Shown here: one piece after another, positions 10,123-20,556 of the stretch | Layout of the letters: each line of letters opens with the position of its first letter | Numbering within the stretch: position 1 is the first letter of the stretch | The notes under the pieces: generated by a model | The model's input: the letters and a program-made list of their open reading frames with translations, nothing else | Told to the model about the DNA's origin: nothing | The model's database searches: none | Translations under genes and position numbers: made by a program | Assembly (NCBI GenBank): GCA_963677435.1 | Contig: OY781945.1 | Location: 544,001 to 608,000, forward strand | Origin: an uncultured Aliarcobacter sp. | Lineage (GTDB): Bacteria > Campylobacterota > Campylobacteria > Campylobacterales > Arcobacteraceae | DNA length: 64,000 nt | Reading direction: 5' to 3'

Positions 10123-11868
10123 ATGAAAAAAATATTTTTACTATTTATTTGTTCTTTTGTTTATCTATTTTCTTCTGTATTAAATCAATCTTTTTTGGAA
10201 GTAAATGAGGCTTTTAAACCAAGTTTTACAAAAAATGAGAAAGATTTAAATTTTAAATTAGCTCTTGGAAAAGATATCTATTTATATGATGAAAAAATTA
10301 AGATATTTATCTCAAAACCCCAAAAGATTGAAATAACAAAAGAGATAAATATTCCAAAACCTGTAGCATATGAAGAGTTTATTGTGCATTTTGATGATTT
10401 AAATTTGACAATTCCTTATGAGTTATTAAAATCAAAAGTTCAATCATCTGAATATGAAATTGAAGTTAATTATCAAGGTTGTTCAAAAGCTGGACTTTGT
10501 TATGCACCACTTAGTGAAAAGTTTTTACTGACTTTAGATTCAACAAGTCCAAAAGAAGTTGAAGCTAAAAAAGAGGTAACTCCTGCGGTTGCTTTAAATG
10601 AGACGGATTCAATAGCAAATAGCTTAAAAGATGGAAGTTTATTGTTAATTTTAGCAACTTTTTTTGGTTTTGGATTATTGCTTTCTTTAACACCTTGTGT
10701 TTTTCCTATGATTCCTATTTTATCATCTATTATTGTGGGAGCTTCTCAAAAAGAGAGTATGACTGCTAGTCGAGGATTTTTCTTATCTTTAGTTTATGTG
10801 CTTTCAATGAGTGCTGCTTACACAATAGCAGGTGTAATAGCAGGTGTTTTTGGAGCAAACTTACAAGTGGCTCTTCAAAATCCTTATGTTTTAGTAGCTT
10901 TTGCTTTAGTATTTGTGGCTCTTGCTTTTTCTATGTTTGGATATTTTGAGATTAGACTTCCACAAGCTATACAAAACAAAGTAAATAAAACAACAGATGG
11001 AAAAGAGAAACAAGGTTTAGTTGGAATTGCTATTATGGGATTCTTATCAGCTTTAATTGTTGGCCCTTGTGTTGCTCCTCCACTTGCTGGTGCTTTAGTT
11101 TATATCGGACAAACAGGCGATGCTTTTTTAGGTGGAATGGCCTTATTTGTAATGAGTTTAGGAATGGGAGTTCCATTATTACTTATTGGACTTGGTGCTG
11201 GAAGATTCATGCCAAAACCTGGTGGTTGGATGGAAGGAATCACAAGAATTTTTGGAATTGTAATGTTAGGTGTTGCTATTTGGCTTCTTGATAGAGTTTT
11301 AGATGCAAATGTTATTATGTATTTATGGGCATTATTGCTTCTTGGAAGTGCGATTCATTTAAAAATCTATCAACATATAATTGCTCAATTAATTACTCTA
11401 GTGATTTTTCTTTTAGGAGTTCTTTTATTTGTAGGAGCTGTAAGTGGTGCTACAAATCCATTAAATCCTTTAGAAAAATTCACCTCTTCAACAGTGATAC
11501 AATCTTCGAGTGAAAAACTTGTATTTAAAAAAATAAAAAATATTGAAGAGTTAAATCAAGCTATAAAAGATTCAGATAAACCTGTACTTTTAGATTTCTG
11601 GGCTTCTTGGTGTGTAGCTTGTAAAGAGTTTGAAGAGATAACATTTAAAGACGAAAATGTTATTAAAAAACTTCAAAACTTTACACTTTTACAAGCTGAT
11701 GTTACAGCTAATAATGATGAAGATAAAGCTTTACAAAAAATGTTTAATATAATAGGACCTCCAGGAATTATTTTTTGGAATAAAGATAAAAAAGAAGTTA
11801 ACTCTTCAAAAATAGTTGGATATAAAGATCCAAAAGATTTCTTAGAAATACTAAATAAAAACTTTTAA
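10123..11868 (+). CDS. dsbD: Thiol:disulfide interchange protein DsbD
   Basis: QGCSKAGLCYAP (alpha domain); LTPCVFPMIPI and GPCVAPPL (beta); DFWASWCVACK (gamma). Confidence 0.95.
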   Translation: MKKIFLLFICSFVYLFSSVLNQSFLEVNEAFKPSFTKNEKDLNFKLALGKDIYLYDEKIKIFISKPQKIEITKEINIPKPVAYEEFIVHFDDLNLTIPYELLKSKVQSSEYEIEVNYQGCSKAGLCYAPLSEKFLLTLDSTSPKEVEAKKEVTPAVALNETDSIANSLKDGSLLLILATFFGFGLLLSLTPCVFPMIPILSSIIVGASQKESMTASRGFFLSLVYVLSMSAAYTIAGVIAGVFGANLQVALQNPYVLVAFALVFVALAFSMFGYFEIRLPQAIQNKVNKTTDGKEKQGLVGIAIMGFLSALIVGPCVAPPLAGALVYIGQTGDAFLGGMALFVMSLGMGVPLLLIGLGAGRFMPKPGGWMEGITRIFGIVMLGVAIWLLDRVLDANVIMYLWALLLLGSAIHLKIYQHIIAQLITLVIFLLGVLLFVGAVSGATNPLNPLEKFTSSTVIQSSSEKLVFKKIKNIEELNQAIKDSDKPVLLDFWASWCVACKEFEEITFKDENVIKKLQNFTLLQADVTANNDEDKALQKMFNIIGPPGIIFWNKDKKEVNSSKIVGYKDPKDFLEILNKNF

Positions 11869-11892
11869 AAGAGGGATTTCCCTCTTTTAAAA
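11863..11892 (+). terminator. Intrinsic terminator after dsbD
   Basis: TTTTAAAAGAGGG-attt-CCCTCTTTTAAAA. Confidence 0.7.
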
Positions 11893-11938
11893 AGCTTCTT
11901 CTAATTTTCTATTAACTTTAATTAAGTATTATGTAGGA

Positions 11939-13027
11939 ATGTTAAAATTTAATTTATTTCCCACTTTTTTTATAATCACCCTTATTTTCAACCATCTTAA
12001 TGCAAAAGAAACAAATAATCCAAATTTACTAATTAAAAATAATGACTTTAAATGGATTAATTTAGATAATGAAAATGCAGAATTTAAGATGGAAAAAAAA
12101 CAAGAATCATTTAATTATGCAATTAAATCAAAATTAGGAAAATATGGATATGAAGATTTAGATTTTACTGATAGTTATGAAACAACTCTTTATAATGAAG
12201 ACTTTTATAAATTCATTTTTTCAAGTAATATATATTTATATGATGATATTTGGATAAATATCGATATAAATTATAAAGATTCTTTACGAAATATGCTTGA
12301 TACAACTGGAAATTTGGCTTATAAAAAAAAGAGTATCAAACAAGATTCTGTTCTTAAATTATTTTATAAACCTAACTCTATAATCACTTCAAATTTAAGT
12401 TTTGAAAATGTAAATAATAGTCTTGATTATGATAAGTTTACATATAAAAGTTATAACAATAGTAATAACAATAAATTAAGTTTAAATCTAAATACAAAAT
12501 TTGATTTTATAACAATCAATAGCTCTTTCTTTCAAATAATTAAAGAGAATAATTATTCATATAGAACTACTGATTCAGATGATTATTTAAAAACCACACA
12601 AGAACTATATAGAGGTATAGAATTATCTTTATCAAAAGAACTTTTTGATGATTTTAAAGTTACAACTAGTGGAAAAGTAACTGATGTAGTAATTTCAGAT
12701 AGTAATGTATCAACTCTTGTTGGCAAAACACCAACTTATGTTCCAAAAAAAGAGTTAAATCTAAAGGCTGAATATTTATTCAAAGATATAAAATTTGCTA
12801 GTAAAGTTACTCATGTTGGTGATAGATATAGCGATAGTTTAAATAATGAAAAATTAAAAAGCTACACTATTGAAAGTGTTGGAGCTACATTTTTTACCCA
12901 ACTAAATAAAGAAGATGTAAAAATTGAATTAAATATCAAAAATATTTTGAATAAACAATATTATATCTATTCTGATACTCAAGGTGATGCAAGAAATTAT
13001 ATGATGAATATTTCTATGAAATTTTAG
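11939..13027 (+). CDS. Short TonB-dependent-receptor-like outer-membrane beta-barrel protein (no recognisable plug)
   Basis: Signal peptide; RGIELS, HVGDRY, NIKNILNKQYY and terminal GDARNYMMNISMKF resemble a TBDR barrel C-terminus; only 362 aa. Confidence 0.65.
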   Translation: MLKFNLFPTFFIITLIFNHLNAKETNNPNLLIKNNDFKWINLDNENAEFKMEKKQESFNYAIKSKLGKYGYEDLDFTDSYETTLYNEDFYKFIFSSNIYLYDDIWINIDINYKDSLRNMLDTTGNLAYKKKSIKQDSVLKLFYKPNSIITSNLSFENVNNSLDYDKFTYKSYNNSNNNKLSLNLNTKFDFITINSSFFQIIKENNYSYRTTDSDDYLKTTQELYRGIELSLSKELFDDFKVTTSGKVTDVVISDSNVSTLVGKTPTYVPKKELNLKAEYLFKDIKFASKVTHVGDRYSDSLNNEKLKSYTIESVGATFFTQLNKEDVKIELNIKNILNKQYYIYSDTQGDARNYMMNISMKF

Positions 13028-13092
13028 AAATAAATAACATTTTTTTACCTAAATTAAATCAAATTTATCTATAATAAAAATTTAGGATTATT

Positions 13093-13842
13093 ATGGATTT
13101 AAACCTTGACTTTTTAACTGTTTTTTTAATAATACTTTTTTTCTCCTCATTAATTCATGGAAGTATTGGTTTTGGTTTTCCAATGATTGCCACACCTCTT
13201 TTAGCTATGGTTACCGATGTTAAAACAGCTATTGTTTATATTGCAATTCCCACACTTTTGATTAATGTTGTAAGTATATATAGTGAAGGAAACTTTTTAC
13301 AAGCTATAAAAAGATTTTATCCTTTGGCACTTATAGGAATGTTAGGAAGTGCAATTGGTACGCAAATTTTAATATATAGCAATTCTGAGTTATTTAAACT
13401 TTTATTAGCTTTTTCAATACTTTTATATCTTTTTATTCAAAAATTTAGAATAGAGATGAAATGGATACTTCAGAAAAAAAGATTATCAATGGTAGTTTTT
13501 GGATTTATTGCTGGATTAATTGGTGGTTTAACCAATGTAATGGCTTCTATTTTAATAATCTATTCATTGGAATCAAAACACACAAAAAAAGAGATAATAC
13601 AATCAACAAATTTATGTTTTTTATTTGGTAAAATCATTCAAATAGTTCTTTTTACACTTCATGGTGCATTTACTCAAGAGATAGTAACAACTTCTTTTAT
13701 TAGTCTATTTTTTGCTGCATTTGCTATGTTTGTGGGTTTGAAAATTAAAAATTTAATTCCTCAAGAGAGTTATAGGAAAATGATAAAAATAATTTTATTT
13801 TTAATGGCTTCTGTTTTAATTTATCAAACTATTAAATTTTAA
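13093..13842 (+). CDS. TauE/SafE (TSUP) family permease
   Basis: About 8 TM segments; GSIGFGFPMIATP and GFIAGLIGGLT repeat motifs. Confidence 0.85.
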   Translation: MDLNLDFLTVFLIILFFSSLIHGSIGFGFPMIATPLLAMVTDVKTAIVYIAIPTLLINVVSIYSEGNFLQAIKRFYPLALIGMLGSAIGTQILIYSNSELFKLLLAFSILLYLFIQKFRIEMKWILQKKRLSMVVFGFIAGLIGGLTNVMASILIIYSLESKHTKKEIIQSTNLCFLFGKIIQIVLFTLHGAFTQEIVTTSFISLFFAAFAMFVGLKIKNLIPQESYRKMIKIILFLMASVLIYQTIKF

Positions 13843-15275
13843 TTATTCCAAATCAGATTTTTCTCTTTTGGTTCAGCATATAAATAACCTTGTGAATAAT
13901 CTATATCTAAATTTGTAATTAATTCAGCTAATTCAACATTATCTACAAACTCAGCGATAGTTTTGATATTATTTATTTTGGCAAATTCAACTATTAGTTT
14001 GATTAGGTTTATATTCGCTTGGTTATTAATCAAATTTTGAATTAAACTACCATCTATTTTTATGTAATCAGGTTTGAGCTTTAATATATTATTCCAGTTT
14101 GAATAACCTGTTCCAAAATCGTCAAGGGCAATTTTTGTACCAAATTTTCTTACTTTTTGTGTAAAGTCTAATAAAAAATCATAATTTTCTATATTTTCTG
14201 TTTCCAAAAATTCAATAGTTAATCGTTTTGCTACATCAGGATATAGATTAAGCATTTTAAAGATATATTCATTTGTAGTTATATTTATAATGTCAATATA
14301 AGATAAATTTATTGAGAATTCATCTGTTATATTCTCAAAATCTTCAAATGTTTGTTGAATGATATTTTTTGTAATTTTATGATAAATTTTGAATTTCTTT
14401 GCAACATCAATAAATTCCCAAGGGCTTATTAAATGCTCTTTTTGTTTTATTCTAACTAATGATTCATATTTATAAGTAGATTTCTTTTTATTATCATAAA
14501 TGGCTTGATAAACAGGAATAACTTTTTTTTCTTTAAAACCTTTTTCTAAAATTTGAAGCATTTTTAGAGAATCAGATTCTAAATTACTATTTTCAGTATA
14601 TTTATAAATACTTTTATGAATAGAATTTCTAGCAAATCGCAATGCGGATAATGCTGTTAAATATTTTGGTGCTGTATCAGAATATGAAATATTTAGATGA
14701 ATTGTAAATTTATATTTATCTAAAATAAAAATCTTTGATTCAAATTGTATTTTGATTTTTTTTAATAAATTGTGAATATCTAAGTCATTACTATAAAATG
14801 CAAACTCATCCCCATAAATCCTAAAAATAGGTTCATTTATGTTCTGCTTTATTATCTTTTGAAGTTCATTTGATACTTGAATTAATAATTTATCTGCTTT
14901 TTTAAATCCTAGATATTTATTAAAAACAGAAAAATCTATTATGTTTAATAAAATAACATATTTATATTCATTTTCATCATATTTTAAAAAAGCGTTTCTA
15001 TTTTCTAGTTTGGTAAGAGAATCAATCTCATTTAGAGTAATAAGCTCTTTTTTTGTTTTTTCTAATTCTTTAAATTTTTTAAGTGAATAAATTGATAAGG
15101 CTAATAATACAGATATAAAAACCATAAAAAGTTCATCTAATTGATACTCTTCATTTGAACGAGTGATTTCATAAATCAATTCAAATATATTTAAATTAAT
15201 CAGAATAGGAGAAATGATTATTACAGATAAAATAAGAATTATTTCATCAATATTTTTTTTTATTAGTGTGTTCAT
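13839..15275 (-). CDS. Membrane GGDEF-EAL protein (degenerate GGDEF)
   Basis: Two N-terminal TM segments; DSLTKLENR; YGDEF; ESLVR; DDFGTGYS; GTG start. Confidence 0.87.
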   Translation of the reverse strand: MNTLIKKNIDEIILILSVIIISPILINLNIFELIYEITRSNEEYQLDELFMVFISVLLALSIYSLKKFKELEKTKKELITLNEIDSLTKLENRNAFLKYDENEYKYVILLNIIDFSVFNKYLGFKKADKLLIQVSNELQKIIKQNINEPIFRIYGDEFAFYSNDLDIHNLLKKIKIQFESKIFILDKYKFTIHLNISYSDTAPKYLTALSALRFARNSIHKSIYKYTENSNLESDSLKMLQILEKGFKEKKVIPVYQAIYDNKKKSTYKYESLVRIKQKEHLISPWEFIDVAKKFKIYHKITKNIIQQTFEDFENITDEFSINLSYIDIINITTNEYIFKMLNLYPDVAKRLTIEFLETENIENYDFLLDFTQKVRKFGTKIALDDFGTGYSNWNNILKLKPDYIKIDGSLIQNLINNQANINLIKLIVEFAKINNIKTIAEFVDNVELAELITNLDIDYSQGYLYAEPKEKNLIWNN

Positions 15276-15441
15276 CTGTACCTTATATAGGGAAAATAGG
15301 ATTTTTAGAGTATACAGTAAAAACTATAAGAAATTATTTACTAATTGTATTAAAAATAATAATTTTATTTCAATATAGTAATCATATTTTTTTTAATCTT
15401 CAAATTTATATTAAAAAGTCTTTTTTATGTCCTTTGGTAAG

Positions 15442-15477
15442 TGTTACAATTCAATTAGTCATTAATATGAATGACTA
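15442..15477 (+). promoter_or_regulatory. Putative hydA promoter (extended -10) with downstream operator-like inverted repeat
   Basis: TG-T-TACAAT at 15442-15450; TAGTCATT-N6-AATGACTA at 15456-15477. Confidence 0.4.
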
Positions 15478-15499
15478 TTCATAAAAATAAGGATTTATT

Positions 15500-16657
15500 T
15501 TGAACAGAGATTTATTTGAAAAATTAACAAACAGATTATCAGAGATAGAAAAACTTCCAAAATTGGAAAAAGAAAAAACTATATCTTTAGAATTAGATAA
15601 AAAAGGTGTCACAAGAAGAGATTTTATGAAATGGGCAGGAAGTATAACAACTATGCTAATGCTACCAATGTCATTTACTCCTCTTGTTGCAAAAGCTGCT
15701 GAACTTGCAGATAGATTACCAATAATTTGGCTTCATATGGCTGAGTGTACAGGTTGTAGTGAATCTTTATTACGAACTGATTCTCCAAGTATTGATGCAC
15801 TAATATTTGATTATATCTCTTTAGAATATCATGAAACTTTAATGGCAGCTGCTGGTTGGCAAGCTGAATATACTCTTGAAGAAGCAATCAAAAAACATAA
15901 AGGTCGATATATCTTAATGGTAGAAGGTGGGATTCCATATGGAGAAAATGCTCACTTTTTAACTGTTGGTGGCCAAGGGAAAACTGGAGAAGAAAATGCA
16001 AAAGAAGCAGCAGAACATGCAGCTGCAATTTTCGCAATTGGAACTTGCTCTTCTTATGGTGGAGTTCAAGCTGCTATTCCTAATCCAACAGGTGCTGTTG
16101 CACTTTCTAAAGTTACAAATAAAACTGTTATAAATGTTCCTGGTTGTCCACCAAGTGAAAAAAATATAGTAGGTAGTCTTATTTACTATATTCTTTATGG
16201 AAATCTTCCTGCTCTTGATAATTATAATAGACCAAAATGGGCTTATGGAACAAGAATTCATGATGCTTGTGAAAGAAGAGGTCACTTTGATGCAGGAGAA
16301 TTTGTTGAAGAATTTGGAGATGAAGGTGCTAAAAAAGGTTACTGCTTATATAAAGTAGGATGTAAAGGTCCTTATACTTTTAATAACTGCTCAAAAAATA
16401 AATTTAATTCTCATACTTCTTGGCCAATTCAAGCTGGACATGGTTGTATTGGATGTAGTGAACCTGGTTTTTGGGATACGATGGGACCATTTGAAGAACC
16501 TGTTGCAAATAGATTATATGACACAGTATTTAAAGGTTTAGGTGCAGATGCAACAGCTGATAAAATTGGTGTTGGATTATTAACAGTAACAGGTATTGGA
16601 ATTGCAGTTCATGCTGCTATTTCAAAATATAAAAATCCAAAAGATGGGCAGGAGTAA
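15500..16657 (+). CDS. hydA: Membrane-bound uptake [NiFe]-hydrogenase small subunit
   Basis: TTG start with AAGGA RBS; Tat motif TRRDFMK; ECTGCSES, GCPP, CLYKVGCKGP, GHGCIGC; C-terminal TM anchor. Confidence 0.95.
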   Translation: MNRDLFEKLTNRLSEIEKLPKLEKEKTISLELDKKGVTRRDFMKWAGSITTMLMLPMSFTPLVAKAAELADRLPIIWLHMAECTGCSESLLRTDSPSIDALIFDYISLEYHETLMAAAGWQAEYTLEEAIKKHKGRYILMVEGGIPYGENAHFLTVGGQGKTGEENAKEAAEHAAAIFAIGTCSSYGGVQAAIPNPTGAVALSKVTNKTVINVPGCPPSEKNIVGSLIYYILYGNLPALDNYNRPKWAYGTRIHDACERRGHFDAGEFVEEFGDEGAKKGYCLYKVGCKGPYTFNNCSKNKFNSHTSWPIQAGHGCIGCSEPGFWDTMGPFEEPVANRLYDTVFKGLGADATADKIGVGLLTVTGIGIAVHAAISKYKNPKDGQE

Positions 16658-16660
16658 ATT

Positions 16661-18391
16661 ATGTCAAATCAAAGAGTAGTAATAGATCCAATCACAAGGA
16701 TTGAAGGACATTTAAGAATAGAAGTTGAAGTTGATGAACATAATGTAATCCAAAAAGCTTACTCAAGTGCAACTTTATGGAGAGGTTTAGAAACTATTGT
16801 AAAAAATAGAGACCCAAGAGATGCTGGTTTTTTAATGCAAAGAATTTGTGGAGTTTGTACTTTCTCTCATTATAGAGCAGGAATTGAAGCTGTTGAAGAT
16901 GCACTTGGAATTGTACCTCCTTTAAATGCAAAATTAACAAGATCTTTGATGAATCAAGCTTTGTTTATGCATGACCATGTTGTACATTTTTATCATCTTC
17001 ATGGGCTTGATTGGGTTGATGTTGTTTCTGCTTTAGATGCTGATGAAGCAAAAGCTTCAAAAGAGGCATTTAAATATAGTGAACTTCCAATTGCAACAGG
17101 TGAGAATGATTTAAAAAAAGTAAAACTAAGAGTTAAAGAGTTTGTACAAAGGGGACAATTAGGCCCTTTTGCAAATGCTTATTGGGGACATAAATCATAT
17201 AGATTTTCTCCTGAACAAAACTTAATACTTTTAAGTCACTATTTAAAAGCTTTAGAAGTACAAAGAGATTTAGCAAAACTAATGGCAATCTTTGGAGGAA
17301 AACAACCTCACCCACAAAGTTTAACTGTTGGTGGAGTTACTTGTGTAATGGATTTATTAGATCCAACTCGAATGGCTGAGTATTTAACTTTATATAAAAA
17401 AGGTGTTGAGTTTATTGAAAATGCTTATCAAGCAGATGTAATTATGGCAGCAAGTGTATATAAAAATGAAGCTTCTGTTACTCAACCAGCAGGTGTAATG
17501 AATTTTATGTCTCATAGAGAAATGCAATTAAATAGAAATGATTTTTTGTTTGATAGTGGAATTATTTATAATGCAGATTTGTCAAAAGTATTTGATATAA
17601 ATGAAGATTTAATTACAGAAGAAGCAACTCACTCTTGGTATAAAGATAATGAACCTTTACACCCTTATGATGGAAAAACAAATCCTGAATATACAGGATT
17701 AATAGATGCAAAAACAATTGGAATGAATGGAAAAGAAGTTGATTCAAAAATTGTAGATGAAAAAGCAAAATACTCTTGGATTAAATCTCCAAGATATGAT
17801 GGAAAAGCTATGGAAGTAGGTCCACTTGCATGTATTTTAATCTCTTATGCAAAAGGAAATAAAAAAATAGTTCCTTTAGTGGATGATTTCTTAGCTAAAA
17901 CAAATCTTCCAAAAGCTGCACTATTTACAGCTCTTGGAAGAACGGCTGCAAGAATGATTCAAGCAAGAGCAATAAGCAAATATGGTTTAGAGGCTTTTTA
18001 TACTTTAATTGAAAATTTAAAAGTTGATCAAGAAACTTATACTTCTTATAAAATTGATAAAGATAAAGAATACAAAGGTAGATTCATAGGTGATGTTCCA
18101 AGGGGAATGTTGAGTCACTGGATTAGAATCAAAAATGGTGTAGTTGAAAATTATCAAGCTGTAGTTCCATCAACTTGGAATGCAGGACCTATGGATTCCA
18201 AAGGACAATTAGGCCCTTATGAAGCTAGTTTAGTAGGATTAAAAGTTGCAGATATATCTCAACCTTTAGAAATCATTAGAATTATTCATAGTTTCGATCC
18301 ATGTATTGCTTGTGCTGTTCATGTTATGGATAAAAAAGGTAATGATTTAGGTGTTTATAGAATTGACCCTAATTATGGAACATCTTGTTAA
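16661..18391 (+). CDS. hydB: [NiFe]-hydrogenase large subunit (group 1)
   Basis: DPITRIEGH, L1 motif QRICGVC, L2 motif SFDPCIACAVH plus a cleavable C-terminal extension. Confidence 0.97.
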   Translation: MSNQRVVIDPITRIEGHLRIEVEVDEHNVIQKAYSSATLWRGLETIVKNRDPRDAGFLMQRICGVCTFSHYRAGIEAVEDALGIVPPLNAKLTRSLMNQALFMHDHVVHFYHLHGLDWVDVVSALDADEAKASKEAFKYSELPIATGENDLKKVKLRVKEFVQRGQLGPFANAYWGHKSYRFSPEQNLILLSHYLKALEVQRDLAKLMAIFGGKQPHPQSLTVGGVTCVMDLLDPTRMAEYLTLYKKGVEFIENAYQADVIMAASVYKNEASVTQPAGVMNFMSHREMQLNRNDFLFDSGIIYNADLSKVFDINEDLITEEATHSWYKDNEPLHPYDGKTNPEYTGLIDAKTIGMNGKEVDSKIVDEKAKYSWIKSPRYDGKAMEVGPLACILISYAKGNKKIVPLVDDFLAKTNLPKAALFTALGRTAARMIQARAISKYGLEAFYTLIENLKVDQETYTSYKIDKDKEYKGRFIGDVPRGMLSHWIRIKNGVVENYQAVVPSTWNAGPMDSKGQLGPYEASLVGLKVADISQPLEIIRIIHSFDPCIACAVHVMDKKGNDLGVYRIDPNYGTSC

Positions 18392-18401
18392 GGAGATAAT
18401 T

Positions 18402-19070
18402 ATGATTAAAAAACATTATGAATTTTCTTTATGGTTACGACTTACACATTGGATTAGAGTCCTTGCAATTATAATTCTTACATTTACAGGATTTTATATT
18501 GCAGTTCCTTTTATTGCACCTGCTTTGAATATGGATGAACCAAATAATTATCTATATGCTTTAATGAGAAGTTGGCATATTATTTTTGGATTTTTATTAA
18601 TAGCTGCAACTATTGGAAAATTTTATCTATTTATTTTTGATAAACAAAGTAAAGTTGAAAGGGCATCTTTTTGGGATTTTATCTCTCCTAAAATGTGGTT
18701 TAAACAAATAAAATATTATCTATTAATAGGTTCTCATGTTCCATTAAAAGGGGTATATAATCCTTTGCAATTTATGGCTTACACTGGAATATTTGTAGCA
18801 CTTTTAGTGATTTGTATTACAGGTTTGATTTTACATATAAATGTTTACCATGAAGGATTGGGTGGACTTTTATATGAAGTGCTAAAACCTTTAGAAGTTA
18901 TATTAGGTGGTTTAGCAGTTGTACGGGAAATACATCATATTTGTATGTGGGTTTTCTTAATATTTTTACCTATTCATATCTATCTTGTTATCTTCAATTC
19001 AGTTTATGGAAAAAGTGGAGATATGGATTCTATTATCTCTGGTTATAAATGGAAAGAGGAAAAAGAATGA
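18402..19070 (+). CDS. hydC: Ni/Fe-hydrogenase cytochrome b subunit
   Basis: RLTHW, RSWH, YNPLQ, REIHH, HIY heme-ligand pattern; start placed at ATG 18402 after the AGGAG RBS. Confidence 0.93.
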   Translation: MIKKHYEFSLWLRLTHWIRVLAIIILTFTGFYIAVPFIAPALNMDEPNNYLYALMRSWHIIFGFLLIAATIGKFYLFIFDKQSKVERASFWDFISPKMWFKQIKYYLLIGSHVPLKGVYNPLQFMAYTGIFVALLVICITGLILHINVYHEGLGGLLYEVLKPLEVILGGLAVVREIHHICMWVFLIFLPIHIYLVIFNSVYGKSGDMDSIISGYKWKEEKE

Positions 19071-19624
19071 ATATTTTAATTTTAGGAATAGGAAATATTT
19101 TATTTCAAGATGAAGGAATAGGTGTTCATTTTATTCATTATATAGATGAAAAATATGAATTTTCATCATCAACATCAACTGTTACAATAATAGATGGAGG
19201 GACTTTAGCTCAAAGATTAATTCCTGAAATTATTAAATATGACAAATTAATTGTGATTGATTGTATTGATGCTTTGGACTCAAAAGCAGGAGATGTGTAC
19301 TTTTTTGATTATAAAAAAACACCATCTTATATAAATTGGCAAGGAAGTGCCCATGAAGTTGAAATGCTTCAAACACTAAATATGATTGATATGAATAAAG
19401 ATTTACCTCAAACAGATGTTTTAGGTGTAATTCCAAAAAGAGTAGCTAGTGAAACTACATTTGAATTAAGTGAAGAAATAATAAATTCCATAGTTCCAAT
19501 GGAGAAAACAATTATAAATTATTTAAAAGAGCAAGGCATAGAATCAATAGTTGTAAATAAAAATGTAACTATAAAAGATATAGCTCAAGTATCTTTTAAA
19601 AGAGATATAAAAAATATAAATTAG
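19067..19624 (+). CDS. hydD: Hydrogenase maturation endopeptidase (HyaD/HybD family)
   Basis: LGIGNILFQDEGIGVH, DGGT, SAHEV; ATG 19067 overlaps the hydC stop. Confidence 0.92.
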   Translation: MNILILGIGNILFQDEGIGVHFIHYIDEKYEFSSSTSTVTIIDGGTLAQRLIPEIIKYDKLIVIDCIDALDSKAGDVYFFDYKKTPSYINWQGSAHEVEMLQTLNMIDMNKDLPQTDVLGVIPKRVASETTFELSEEIINSIVPMEKTIINYLKEQGIESIVVNKNVTIKDIAQVSFKRDIKNIN

Positions 19625-19767
19625 AAAAATAATTCTAAGAAAGGAGTGTTGCTTTAATAAAAAAACGGTTCAGAATTATAATGATTATATGTATTAATTA
19701 TTGTAATTTTATACACAGGTGACGATTTCGTTTAGTTTTTAAAGATTTAATTTTGAAAGGATTACAG

Positions 19768-20556
19768 ATGAACAACCTAATTGAAGGTTATTTAGGTGAG
19801 ACTGTTGATGGAAAGAAAAGTAGAGTTCCAGCTAAGATAGATTATGTACAAAGTGCTACAGGATTAATTTTAGGTTTATTTATGTGGGGACACATGCTTT
19901 TTGTATCAACAATTTTGATTAGTAAAGATTTTATGTATGGTGTAACAAAGTTTTTTGAAGCGGACTTTTTATTTGATGGTGGTAAACCGATTATTGTTTC
20001 ATTAATTGCAATGGCTATATTTATTATATTTATTGTCCATGCTGCACTTGGAATGAGAAAACTTCCAAGCAATTTTAAACAATATCAAGTTATGAAAGCA
20101 CACTCTGAACATATGGAACATGAAGATACAAAACTTTGGTTTATTCAAGCCTTTACAGGTTTTGCAATGTTCTTTTTGGGTTCGGTTCATTTATATATTA
20201 TTATGACTCATTCAGATGCAATCGGACCATATGCAAGTGCTGATAGAGTTTGGTCTGAATATATGTGGCCTTTATATATTCTTTTATTGTTAGCTGTTGA
20301 ATTCCATGGAACAATTGGTTTATATAGATTATGTGTTAAATGGGGTTGGTTTGATGGTGAAAATCCAAAAGCTACAAGAGTAAAACTTAAAAAAATTAAA
20401 AAAGCATTAACTTGGTTCTTTTTAATTTTAGGATTTACAACATTATTAGCTTATATGAAAATAGGTTACGAACACTCTGATAAAGTTGGTGAAAAATATA
20501 CTCCAACAGCATGTCTAGAATATAAAATTAGTGTAAAAGGAGTTACTCAATGTTAA
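19768..20556 (+). CDS. frdC: Fumarate reductase diheme cytochrome b subunit
   Basis: [50 protein letters not shown]; start at ATG after AAGGA. Confidence 0.93.
   Translation: MNNLIEGYLGETVDGKKSRVPAKIDYVQSATGLILGLFMWGHMLFVSTILISKDFMYGVTKFFEADFLFDGGKPIIVSLIAMAIFIIFIVHAALGMRKLPSNFKQYQVMKAHSEHMEHEDTKLWFIQAFTGFAMFFLGSVHLYIIMTHSDAIGPYASADRVWSEYMWPLYILLLLAVEFHGTIGLYRLCVKWGWFDGENPKATRVKLKKIKKALTWFFLILGFTTLLAYMKIGYEHSDKVGEKYTPTACLEYKISVKGVTQC

Noticed and set aside
18290..18325. Possible [NiFeSe] hydrogenase
   Set aside because: The L2 motif is DPCIAC with ordinary Cys codons.
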